Part shown: piece after piece, positions 19,920 through 28,832 of the stretch | Numbering within the stretch: position 1 is the first letter of the stretch | Layout of the letters: each line of letters begins with the position of its first letter | Assembly (NCBI GenBank): GCA_964633875.1 | Contig: CAZWKL010000001.1 | Coordinates: 193,841 to 257,840, forward strand | Reading direction: 5' to 3' | Length of the DNA stretch: 64,000 nucleotides | From: an uncultured Pseudomonadales bacterium | GTDB lineage: Bacteria; Patescibacteriota; Microgenomatia; UBA1400; PJMF01 | The notes under the pieces: generated by a model | The model's database searches: none | Seen by the model: the letters and a program-made list of their open reading frames with translations, nothing else | Told to the model about the DNA's origin: nothing | Translations under genes and position numbers: made by a program

Positions 19920-19928
19920 AAGCAAACA

Positions 19929-20879
19929 ATGACTATTCTTGTTACCGGCGCCGCTGGTTTTATCGGCTCACATACCTCTGAAGCGCTACTGAAGCAAGGC
20001 CATCAGGTGATTGGCCTTGACAATCTCAATGAGTATTACAATCCGGAATGGAAAAAAGAAAACCTGGTGCCGCTGCAAAAATACGACAGCTTTGTTTTCT
20101 ATCAACAAGACATCCGTGATGCTGCCGGAGTAGAGGAGTTGTTTGAGCTTCATCAAGTAGAAGCCATTGTCCACTTGGCTGCCAGGGCTGGCGTGAGAGC
20201 CTCCATAGAAAATCCGCTCATCTATGAAGAAACCAATGTCCGCGGCACACTCAATCTCCTCGAGATTGCCAGGCAAAAAAAGATCAAGCAGTTTGTTTTT
20301 GCTTCCTCGAGTTCGGTCTATGGTAACCAGAAAAAAGTGCCTTTCAGCGAAACCGATCCTTGTAATCAGCCTATTAGCCCTTATGCGGCCACTAAAAAAG
20401 CCACGGAAATGCTGGCTCACACCTACGCTCATCTTTACGATATCAACTGCATTGGTTTGCGGTTTTTTACCGTTTATGGCCCGGCAGGCAGACCAGATAT
20501 GGCGCCCTATCTTTTTACCGAGGCGATTTTGACAGGCCAACCGATTAAAAAATTTGGCGACGGCAATACCAGGAGGGATTACACTTATATCGATGACATT
20601 GTGGTGGGTGTGACAGCGGCCGTCAGCCTGAAAAGAAAGTTTGAAATTATTAATTTGGGCAATAATACTCCCGTTAGCCTCAATGAGTTTATTGAAACTT
20701 TGGAAAATATCACCGGCAAAAAGATGCTGATTGAGCAAAAAGAGCTGCAACCAGGCGATGTTGAGCAAACTTATGCTGATATTAGCAAGGCTCAGGAGTT
20801 GCTTGGTTTTCAGCCCAGGACGCCGTTTAGAGATGGGCTGGTAAAATTTGTCCAGTGGTATCAAGAAAATCGGCTTTAA
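19929..20879 (+). CDS. NAD-dependent epimerase (UDP-glucuronate 4-epimerase / WcaG-like SDR)
   Basis: MTILVTGAAGFIGSH...YAATKKATE (YxxxK) and LRFFTVYGP. The internal Met at 19929 is preferred. Confidence 0.8.
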   Translation: MTILVTGAAGFIGSHTSEALLKQGHQVIGLDNLNEYYNPEWKKENLVPLQKYDSFVFYQQDIRDAAGVEELFELHQVEAIVHLAARAGVRASIENPLIYEETNVRGTLNLLEIARQKKIKQFVFASSSSVYGNQKKVPFSETDPCNQPISPYAATKKATEMLAHTYAHLYDINCIGLRFFTVYGPAGRPDMAPYLFTEAILTGQPIKKFGDGNTRRDYTYIDDIVVGVTAAVSLKRKFEIINLGNNTPVSLNEFIETLENITGKKMLIEQKELQPGDVEQTYADISKAQELLGFQPRTPFRDGLVKFVQWYQENRL

Positions 20880-20930
20880 ATATTCATACATTCCCTTGCC
20901 ATAACCTCGATATAAGGGTACGATATCTCC

Positions 20931-21842
20931 ATGCACATTTCCTTTGTAATTCCCGTAGTTAATGAGAGAGAAAATGTAGCACAGCTGCATGCAGAAATAG
21001 TGGCTGCAGCCAAGAAAATAGGAAAAACTTATGAAATTATTTTTGTTGATGATGGCTCTACTGATGGTACTCAAAAAGAAATTCAAAAGCTAAAGCCGGT
21101 GCGATTGCTTGAAATGCGCCGCAACTTTGGCCAAACAGCGGCGCTCGATGCCGGCATTAAGGCTGCTCAGGGTGAGTTTTTAGTCACTTTGGATGGCGAT
21201 TTGCAAAATGATCCGGCTGATGTGCCGGCAATGCTCAAAATGCTTCAAGATGAGCAGTTGGACGTGGTTTGTGGCTGGCGATTCCAGCGCCATGACAGTT
21301 TCACCAAGCGGTTTATTTCTGCCGGGGCGAGAAAGTTCAGAGGGATTTTGGTGGAGGACGGTATTCATGATTCCGGCTGTACTCTGCGGGTGTATAAGAA
21401 AGAGGCTTTTGATGATTTGGATTTGCGCGGCGAGATGCACCGTTTTATTCCGGCCATCTTGAAGTGGCGAGGGTTTAAAATTGGGGAGATGAAGGTCAAT
21501 CACCGGCCCAGAATCCACGGACGCACCAAGTACGACATGAAGAGAACAGTTAAGGGCTTTTTGGATATGCTCAGCCTGTGGTTTTTTAGGAAGTATGCTA
21601 ATCGGCCGCTGCATTTTTTGGGGGCAGTTGGGTTGGGGTGCTTTGCTTTGGGAGTAGCCCTTGGGGGCTACTTGGCTGTAGGCAGGTTGCTCGGGTGGTT
21701 TGGCTTGTCTCAAAGCATCTGGCCACTGACAGCGGTATTTTTGGTGCTGTTTGGCATGCAGATGTTTGTGAGCGGGTTGATTATGGATTTGGTGATGACT
21801 AGTAGTAGAGCGAAGAATTATTTTACGAAAAAGAACTCTTAA
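20931..21842 (+). CDS. Polyprenyl-phosphate hexosyl/glycosyl transferase (DPM1/Ppm1/GtrB/ArnC family GT2)
   Basis: ISFVIPVVNERENV...YEIIFVDDGSTDGT...DGDLQNDP motif, with two C-terminal TM helices (LHFLGAVGLGCFALGVAL...IWPLTAVFLVLFGMQMFVSGL). Confidence 0.85.
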   Translation: MHISFVIPVVNERENVAQLHAEIVAAAKKIGKTYEIIFVDDGSTDGTQKEIQKLKPVRLLEMRRNFGQTAALDAGIKAAQGEFLVTLDGDLQNDPADVPAMLKMLQDEQLDVVCGWRFQRHDSFTKRFISAGARKFRGILVEDGIHDSGCTLRVYKKEAFDDLDLRGEMHRFIPAILKWRGFKIGEMKVNHRPRIHGRTKYDMKRTVKGFLDMLSLWFFRKYANRPLHFLGAVGLGCFALGVALGGYLAVGRLLGWFGLSQSIWPLTAVFLVLFGMQMFVSGLIMDLVMTSSRAKNYFTKKNS

Positions 21843-21855
21843 TAGAAGATCCCGC

Positions 21856-23613
21856 ATGCTTCAGATTATTCGAAAACTCAGCGATATTCTTCCCAGACGA
21901 GATAAGATCAGGATAGTGATTCTTTTTTTTATGATGCTTGGCGCTGGCATTCTTCAGTTGGTGGGCCTCGGAATGATTCTGGCTTTTATCTCCATTCTTG
22001 CTGATGCAGAAACTATTCTTAACCATGAACAGCTTGGCACCCTTTGGCAACTCCTCAACATTCAAGATTTTTATGGTTTACTTATTTGGGGATCGGCGGT
22101 TTTAGCTCTCATTTTTCTGATCAAAAGTCTTTACCTCATTTTTTACAACTACATACTGTCTAGATTTGCTCATAATAAGTTTCGCAATATTGCTACTGAA
22201 TTATTTGCCAGTTATATGTTTTTGCCATACAGCTTTCACTTGCAAAACAACTCAGCCACCTTGATTCGCAACGTGACTGTTGAAACCAACATGTTGCTTA
22301 AGTTTCTGCTTATCCCCATGCTCTCGATTCTGATGGAATCAGTGATGATTATCACTGTGCTGATTTTTCTGTTCATTGTTGAGCCAACGGTAACAATCAT
22401 GGCAGCTCTCTCGATTGGCCTAGCGGGCTTTTTGCTGATAAAACTGCTGAAAAAATATGAACAAGCCTATGGCAGAAAGGCTCAAAAAAGTCGAGGCGAG
22501 GTGATTCAGTACGTCAACGAAGGCTTGGGTGGTATTAAGGAAATTAAAGTACTTAATCGGCAGCAATACTTCATTAACAAACTTAGGTCCGCGATGGAAG
22601 TGCTTAAACAAGCCGAGACTTACAACGAAACTTCCAAAGAAAGCTTTCGGCCGGCAATAGAGTTGATTGCGGTGGGTGGGATGGTGACAATGGCGCTGAT
22701 TATGGCCATACAAGGCAGAGGAGCGGAAGATATTATTCCTGTGTTGACGCTATTTGGTGTGGGCGCTTTTCAATTGCTGCCTTCTTTTGCCAAAATCACC
22801 AACCAATACAGCAAGCTGGATTATCATAGTCACACCATCATCCCCATTCATGAGGATTTGATGAAAGTATCAAGGAAAGTTAGAACAAATTTAAAGAAGG
22901 CCAGTTTCGAAACCCTGCCTCTCAATCAAGCAATTAAGTTAGATAAGGTTGGTTTTGCTTACTCTGATGATAGTAAGCCTGTTCTTAAAAATATTTCACT
23001 AAGTATTCCTAAGGGGGCGGCTGTTGGGATAGTGGGTAAATCTGGTGCGGGTAAGACCACTCTGGTGGATCTGATTTTGGGATTATTTGAGCCGACAAAT
23101 GGGGAAATTTTGGTAGATGGAAAAGATATCAAAGAAAACCTGATTGCTTGGCAGAGCAATGTCGGCTATATTCCGCAAATTATCTATTTGGCCGATGATA
23201 CAGTACGCAAAAATATTGCCTTTGGCTTGAACGATGAGGAAATTGATGAAGAGAAACTAATAAAAGCAGCGGAAATGGCTCAGCTAATCGAGGTAATCGA
23301 TGAGTTACCAAAGGGTTTTGAGACACTAATCGGAGAGAATGGACTGAGGCTGAGTGGTGGCCAGAGGCAGAGAATAGGCATTGCTAGGGCTTTGTATCAC
23401 GACCCAGATGTACTGGTGATGGATGAAGCCACATCTGCTCTGGACAATGAGACTGAGCAGTATATTATCAAATCTATTGAACGACTGAGGGGCGAGCGAA
23501 CAATTATTATTATTGCTCATAGGCTGACCACGGTGCAAAATTGCGATCAGCTCTATTTACTTGAAGACGGAAAGGTGTTAAATTCGGGTACATATAAGGA
23601 GTTGTATGGGTAA
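21856..23613 (+). CDS. ABC exporter, fused permease-ATPase (MsbA/PglK-like lipid-linked-glycan flippase candidate)
   Basis: 6-TM N-domain, Walker A GKSGAGKTT, signature LSGGQRQRIGIARAL, Walker B VLVMDEATSALD, H-loop IIIAHRL. Confidence 0.85.
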   Translation: MLQIIRKLSDILPRRDKIRIVILFFMMLGAGILQLVGLGMILAFISILADAETILNHEQLGTLWQLLNIQDFYGLLIWGSAVLALIFLIKSLYLIFYNYILSRFAHNKFRNIATELFASYMFLPYSFHLQNNSATLIRNVTVETNMLLKFLLIPMLSILMESVMIITVLIFLFIVEPTVTIMAALSIGLAGFLLIKLLKKYEQAYGRKAQKSRGEVIQYVNEGLGGIKEIKVLNRQQYFINKLRSAMEVLKQAETYNETSKESFRPAIELIAVGGMVTMALIMAIQGRGAEDIIPVLTLFGVGAFQLLPSFAKITNQYSKLDYHSHTIIPIHEDLMKVSRKVRTNLKKASFETLPLNQAIKLDKVGFAYSDDSKPVLKNISLSIPKGAAVGIVGKSGAGKTTLVDLILGLFEPTNGEILVDGKDIKENLIAWQSNVGYIPQIIYLADDTVRKNIAFGLNDEEIDEEKLIKAAEMAQLIEVIDELPKGFETLIGENGLRLSGGQRQRIGIARALYHDPDVLVMDEATSALDNETEQYIIKSIERLRGERTIIIIAHRLTTVQNCDQLYLLEDGKVLNSGTYKELYG

Positions 23614-24727
23614 AAAAATTCAAAAACCAATCTATGTCACTCAACCAGCTTTACCACCCCTTAAAGAATTTAATAACTACCTAAAAACAATCTGGAACAA
23701 CAAAATTCTCACTAACAACGGACCGTTTCATGAGCAGTTTGAAGAGGAGTTAGCCGAATATTTGGGTGTAAAATATATCTCTCTTTTCTCTAATGGCACT
23801 CTGGCACTGATCACAGCCCTTCAGGCGCTCAGAATAACCGGCGAAGTCATTACTACCCCCTTTAGTTTTGTAGCCACCACTCACTCACTTTGGTGGAATA
23901 ACATCCAACCAGTCTTTGCAGACATTGAGCCAGATACATTTAATCTGGATCCAGAAAAAGTAGAGGCGGCAATCACTCCAAAAACTACTGCGATCATGCC
24001 GGTGCATGTTTATGGCAATCCCTGCAATGTACAAGAGCTACAAAATATTGCCGATAAATATAACTTAAAAATCATTTATGATGCTGCTCATGCCTTTGGG
24101 GTAGAAGTTGATGGTGAATCAATACTTAACTTTGGCAATTTATCTGTACTCAGCTTTCATGCCACCAAAGTATTTAATACCTTTGAGGGTGGAGCTATCA
24201 TCTCCCCAGACAAGAAAACTAAGCAGCACATCGATGATCTTAAAAACTTTGGCTTTAGGGGAGAAACTACTGTAGTAGCACCAGGCATAAATGCCAAGAT
24301 GAATGAAATGCAGGCTGCTATGGGTATTTTGCAGCTAAAGTATGTTGATAAATATATTGCTGAGCGAAAAAAAATAGCTGATTTATATAGAGAAAAGCTG
24401 AGTGATGTTGAGGGAATTAGTTATTTAGAGGACATTGAAAGTGTAAAACACAATTATGCATATTTTCCAATTCTTATAGACAAAGAAAAATATGGGAAAA
24501 GTAGAGATGAGGTATACGAAAAGCTTAAAGAGCATGGAATACACGGGCGAAGATACTTTTATCCGCTTATAAGTCAATTTCCAACGTATAAAGGGTTGGA
24601 TTCTGCTGATGTTGATAACTTGCCTGTGGCCGAGAGGATTACTAATCAAGTTTTATGTTTACCGATTTATCCAAACTTAGAAAAAAGTACCATTCAGAAT
24701 GTAAGTAAACTAATAGGAGATCAATAA
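23606..24727 (+). CDS. DegT/DnrJ/EryC1/StrS-family PLP-dependent sugar aminotransferase
   Basis: Typical N-terminus (...LPPLKEFNNYLKTIWNNKILTNNGPFHEQFEEELAEYLGVKY..) and PLP-lysine motif SFHATKVF. Confidence 0.85.
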   Translation: MGKKIQKPIYVTQPALPPLKEFNNYLKTIWNNKILTNNGPFHEQFEEELAEYLGVKYISLFSNGTLALITALQALRITGEVITTPFSFVATTHSLWWNNIQPVFADIEPDTFNLDPEKVEAAITPKTTAIMPVHVYGNPCNVQELQNIADKYNLKIIYDAAHAFGVEVDGESILNFGNLSVLSFHATKVFNTFEGGAIISPDKKTKQHIDDLKNFGFRGETTVVAPGINAKMNEMQAAMGILQLKYVDKYIAERKKIADLYREKLSDVEGISYLEDIESVKHNYAYFPILIDKEKYGKSRDEVYEKLKEHGIHGRRYFYPLISQFPTYKGLDSADVDNLPVAERITNQVLCLPIYPNLEKSTIQNVSKLIGDQ

Positions 24728-25248
24728 TGAAAGGTGATAGGATTCACTTGAGAATAATTAATAAGTCAGATTTAGATCAGATGATCGCTTGGCTTAATAC
24801 AGATGAAATAAGCCAAGTAATGGGATATTTGCCGATTTTTACGATCGAAAACCAAACACAATGGTATGAAGAAATGATATCTACTGATAACACATATGTT
24901 TTTGCAATATGTATAAATGATAGTAACAAACACATAGGAAATGTTGGTTTGGGTAATATAGACTACATCAACAGAAATGCTATGCTAAATATATTTATAG
25001 CGGACAAAGAAATGCAGGGGAAGGGATATGGCACAGAAACTATACGTCTAATTTTAAAGTTTGCGTTTAACAGATTAAATCTTCATAGAATATATTTGCA
25101 AACTTCAGAAAGGTTTACGGCTGCGTTGAAAATGTATGAAAAAATTGGATTTATAAAAGAGGGCATTAAAAGAGAGCATTATTACAGAAACGGCGACTAT
25201 GAAGACAAACTTCTTTTTTCTATATTAAGAGATGAATTTATCCAATAA
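24727..25248 (+). CDS. GNAT-family N-acetyltransferase (candidate amino-sugar N-acetyltransferase, WecD-like role)
   Basis: Acetyl-CoA motif MQGKGYGTETIRLILKFAF. The start overlaps the DegT stop. Confidence 0.8.
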   Translation: MKGDRIHLRIINKSDLDQMIAWLNTDEISQVMGYLPIFTIENQTQWYEEMISTDNTYVFAICINDSNKHIGNVGLGNIDYINRNAMLNIFIADKEMQGKGYGTETIRLILKFAFNRLNLHRIYLQTSERFTAALKMYEKIGFIKEGIKREHYYRNGDYEDKLLFSILRDEFIQ

Positions 25249-25934
25249 TGAAAACAGATAATAAAACTCGCCAGTCTCAAATTAATCATTATAAAAAGCT
25301 TTTTGACAAATATAAAGGTACTCCAATGGCTGTAAGTTCTGAGTCAGAGGCTCATAAAAGTTTACGGTTTACTAAAATTTCACAAATTTTCCTTAACGAA
25401 AATAAAATTCAGGTGCATGATGTTGGCATGGGGCTCGGTGATTATTATGAATATTTGAAAAAAACTTTTCCTAATAAAATAATTGAATATTCTGGTTCTG
25501 AAATAGTAGAAGAATACTTTAGTGAAACTAAAACAAAATTTCCAGAATCAGAATTTTACTTAAGAGATATTGCTGAGAAACCAGGTGAAGAAAAATATGA
25601 TTACGTAATATTAAGTGGTGTTTTCCATCAAAGAAGAGATTCTACAATTGGGGAGTGGGAAAATTTTGCTCAAAACATCATTAGAAATTCTTTTAAAATG
25701 TGCAATAAAGGAATTGCTTTTAATTTTATTAGCCCGTTTGTTGATTTTTATCAAACCGAAGTATATTACTGCAATCTTCCAAAACTAATTAATTTTATTA
25801 ATGATGACTTAAGTAGGTTTTTTACACTAAATCACAACTACCCACTTTTTGAGTTTACAATGTTTGTTTATAAAGAAGAATATATTAAAAGCTTATACAA
25901 AGAAAAAGAATTCCAAAAATATTTTAAAATATGA
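25248..25934 (+). CDS. Putative class I SAM-dependent methyltransferase
   Basis: Motif I-like VHDVGMGLGDY, an acidic residue after beta2 (EYSGSE), and motif II-like DYVILSGVFH. Weak call. Confidence 0.45.
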   Translation: MKTDNKTRQSQINHYKKLFDKYKGTPMAVSSESEAHKSLRFTKISQIFLNENKIQVHDVGMGLGDYYEYLKKTFPNKIIEYSGSEIVEEYFSETKTKFPESEFYLRDIAEKPGEEKYDYVILSGVFHQRRDSTIGEWENFAQNIIRNSFKMCNKGIAFNFISPFVDFYQTEVYYCNLPKLINFINDDLSRFFTLNHNYPLFEFTMFVYKEEYIKSLYKEKEFQKYFKI

Positions 25935-26944
25935 ACATCCTACTCACATCTTCAGGCAGAAGAAGTTATATTGTTAAATACTTTCAAGAACTTCTTAAAG
26001 ACAAAGGAGTAGTACACGCTGCAAACTCAGAATGGTCACCAGCATTACAAGTAGCTGACAAGGCAGTAACTACGCCTCTAATATATGATTCTACATACAT
26101 AGATTTTCTTCTTGATTATTCACTTGAACACGATATCAACGCCATTATTTCATTGTTTGATATTGATTTACCAATACTCGCTCAATCAAAAAAACGATTT
26201 GAGAGACATGGAATCCAAGTTGTCGTCTCAGATTATAATGTTACACAAATTTGCAATGATAAATGGAAAGCCTTTGAGTTTTTTAAACAAAATAATATAA
26301 ATACTCCTAATACATATATTTCAATCTCCGAAGCTGTAAAGGATCTAAAAAATGAAAATATTTCATATCCCCTGATAATTAAACCAAGATGGGGAATGGG
26401 ATCAATTGGCATTTATACTGCAGAAAATAAAAATGAGTTAGAAATTTTATATAAAAAGGTCAAAAATGAAATCCTTAAAACTTACTTGAAATTTGAATCT
26501 AAAGAGGATCTAAACAATGCAGTATTAATTCAAGAAAAACTCGATGGGCAAGAGTATGGCTTGGATATAGTTAATGACCTCAATAAAAATTATGTGACTA
26601 CTTTTGTGAAGCGAAAATCAGCTATGCGGTCAGGTGAAACAGACCGAGCAGTTACAGAAGACAATCCATCATTAGAAAAATTTGGGGAGAAGATATCTCT
26701 AGCTTTGCAGCATATTGGTAATTTAGATACAGATTGCTTCGTTGTGGATAATAAGCCACTTATACTCGAAATGAACTGTAGGTTTGGCGGTGGATATCCG
26801 TTTTCTCACTTAGCAGGCGCAAATATTCCTCAAGCAATAATCCATTGGTTGAATGGTGAACAACCTCCCGAAGAAGTATTTAACTTGACTTATGGGGTTG
26901 AAGCCATAAAAGATATAAATATGATTTTGTTAGAAAAGCGGTAA
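25931..26944 (+). CDS. ATP-grasp domain amidoligase (CPS-locus type)
   Basis: ILLTSSGRR N-terminus, ATP-binding PLIIKPRWGMGSIGI, catalytic EMNCRFGGGYP (E.N.R motif). Confidence 0.8.
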   Translation: MNILLTSSGRRSYIVKYFQELLKDKGVVHAANSEWSPALQVADKAVTTPLIYDSTYIDFLLDYSLEHDINAIISLFDIDLPILAQSKKRFERHGIQVVVSDYNVTQICNDKWKAFEFFKQNNINTPNTYISISEAVKDLKNENISYPLIIKPRWGMGSIGIYTAENKNELEILYKKVKNEILKTYLKFESKEDLNNAVLIQEKLDGQEYGLDIVNDLNKNYVTTFVKRKSAMRSGETDRAVTEDNPSLEKFGEKISLALQHIGNLDTDCFVVDNKPLILEMNCRFGGGYPFSHLAGANIPQAIIHWLNGEQPPEEVFNLTYGVEAIKDINMILLEKR

Positions 26945-26947
26945 ATA

Positions 26948-28006
26948 ATGTTTAAATTAAGTCAAAAAGAAATAATGGAAAACTGGGGTGATAATACAGA
27001 GCCCTTGGTTAGTGTTGGCTGTATCACTTATAATCATGAAGACTATATTGAAGAAGCAATTCAAAGCTTCTTGATGCAAAAAACAAATTTTCCATTTGAA
27101 GTAATTATTCACGATGATGCATCTACAGATGATACGGCTAAGATAATAAAAAGATATGCAAAAAAGTATCCAAATATTATTAAGCCAATTTTTCAAATAG
27201 AAAATCAGTATTCACAAATTAATGGGCCTATTTATCCCAGATTTGTATATCCAAAATGTAATGGGGAATACATTGCACTTTGTGAAGGTGATGATTACTG
27301 GACTGATCCATTTAAACTTCAGAAACAAGTTGACATATTGGAAAAACACTCGGGATGTAGCTGGAGTTTTCATCCTGCTCAAATTGTCAATCACATTAAA
27401 CCTACTGGTAAAATTTGCAGGATTACCAATAATAATAAAGTTTTTGGAGAGCAGGATATATTTAAAATTAATAAAACTCGGTTTTCGCCTACAGCATCGA
27501 TTCTATTTCGAACCCGACATATTAAACAACTTCCAAATTGGGTACTTAACGCACCAGTTGGCGATTTACCCTTAAAGTTATATTTAACAACTAAAGGTAA
27601 AGCATATTATATAAATGAAGCAATGTCTGCTTATCGTATAAATGTTGCCGTTTCTTGGAATTCAGACTATAAAAGTAACCTCAATAAGCGAAAAAAGCTT
27701 CATCTTGGCTTAATAAAAATGCTACATTCATTTAATATTTACACTAAGTACAAATATTATGAACAAATCATAAACAAACAAATTGAATATTTATTTAAAA
27801 TCGTAAAATACTACCCATTAAAACTAAGATTAAAGTATTTATTCCTTATTATTAATAATACTAAAGTACTAAATATAGTAAAAATCAATACTATAATTCG
27901 AATACTAATATTAACATTATTACCACAAAGTAGTAAGTTGCTTATTAGAATAAAAGAAATAACCACTGCAATTACTCATGAATGGAGAAGTTATGCAAAC
28001 ACTTAG
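26948..28006 (+). CDS. Glycosyltransferase family 2
   Basis: VSVGCITYNHEDYIEEAIQSF...EVIIHDDASTDDT...CEGDDYW. Confidence 0.75.
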   Translation: MFKLSQKEIMENWGDNTEPLVSVGCITYNHEDYIEEAIQSFLMQKTNFPFEVIIHDDASTDDTAKIIKRYAKKYPNIIKPIFQIENQYSQINGPIYPRFVYPKCNGEYIALCEGDDYWTDPFKLQKQVDILEKHSGCSWSFHPAQIVNHIKPTGKICRITNNNKVFGEQDIFKINKTRFSPTASILFRTRHIKQLPNWVLNAPVGDLPLKLYLTTKGKAYYINEAMSAYRINVAVSWNSDYKSNLNKRKKLHLGLIKMLHSFNIYTKYKYYEQIINKQIEYLFKIVKYYPLKLRLKYLFLIINNTKVLNIVKINTIIRILILTLLPQSSKLLIRIKEITTAITHEWRSYANT

Positions 28007-28832
28007 ATTTATTATTAGAAGAAATTCACTATTAAGATATTTGATATTTGATATGTTTTTAAAATACCAAAAACAACTATTACAAAAGATAAATGCTACT
28101 GGAAATACTCATCAATGTTATATTTGTAAAAATACTTTTAATGGTTTTACAAAATATAGAGGAGGTACTAAAAACAAAAGTGAATTTTCTAGATTGATGC
28201 AAACAGTGGGTAGTAATATAGATCATTTTGGTTGCATGTATTGTGGATGCCATGACAGAGCTAGACACATATTTATGTATTTTGACAAATTAAATTTTTG
28301 GGAAGAAATGACTGATGCCAATATACTTCATTTTGCACCAGAAATTAATCTTCAAAATAAAATAGAATTATTAAATCCTAATAGGTATATTAAAGGAGAT
28401 CTTTATCCTTATAAGGATGATCAAATAAAGATTGATATTACTAATATTCCATTTGAAAATGACTATTTTGACCTAGTTATTTCAAATCATGTTCTAGAAC
28501 ATATTCCAAATTATATTAAAGCATTGAAAGAAGTCCATAGAGTGCTTAAGCCGGGTGGAATTGCAATATTACAAACTCCTTACTCCAATGTCCTGAAGTA
28601 TAATTTTGAACTTTCAACTATTAAGACCGATTATTTAAAACTTAAATATTATGGTCAAGAAGATCATGTTAGATATTTTAGTGGCAAGCAATTGTTCAAA
28701 AGTATTGAAAAAGTGGGATTTAAATCTCATATCAAGAAACATCAAGATTTATTTAACAAAGGATCTGCGCACAAGTTTGGGGTTAATATGAATGAAGATC
28801 TTTTAATGTTTGAAAAAGTAAATAATTTATGA
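27978..28832 (+). CDS. Class I SAM-dependent methyltransferase (Methyltransf_11-like) with N-terminal Cys4 zinc-ribbon-like segment
   Basis: C..C (QCYICKN) ... C..C (GCMYCGC), then LVISNHVLEHIPN...LKPGGIAIL. Confidence 0.75.
   Translation: MNGEVMQTLRFIIRRNSLLRYLIFDMFLKYQKQLLQKINATGNTHQCYICKNTFNGFTKYRGGTKNKSEFSRLMQTVGSNIDHFGCMYCGCHDRARHIFMYFDKLNFWEEMTDANILHFAPEINLQNKIELLNPNRYIKGDLYPYKDDQIKIDITNIPFENDYFDLVISNHVLEHIPNYIKALKEVHRVLKPGGIAILQTPYSNVLKYNFELSTIKTDYLKLKYYGQEDHVRYFSGKQLFKSIEKVGFKSHIKKHQDLFNKGSAHKFGVNMNEDLLMFEKVNNL

Noticed and set aside
19986-21086. A 366-aa antisense ORF covering the epimerase gene, the intergenic spacer and the 5' end of the DPM1-like GT2.
   Set aside because: It is codon-aligned antisense to two well-supported conserved genes that share the same frame (the classic shadow ORF when TTA/CTA/TCA codons are rare). 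It has no recognisable motifs.
21180-21857. A 225-aa antisense ORF inside the DPM1-like GT2 gene.
   Set aside because: It is Gln/His/Pro-rich low-complexity and antisense to a strongly supported gene, so I treat it as a shadow ORF.
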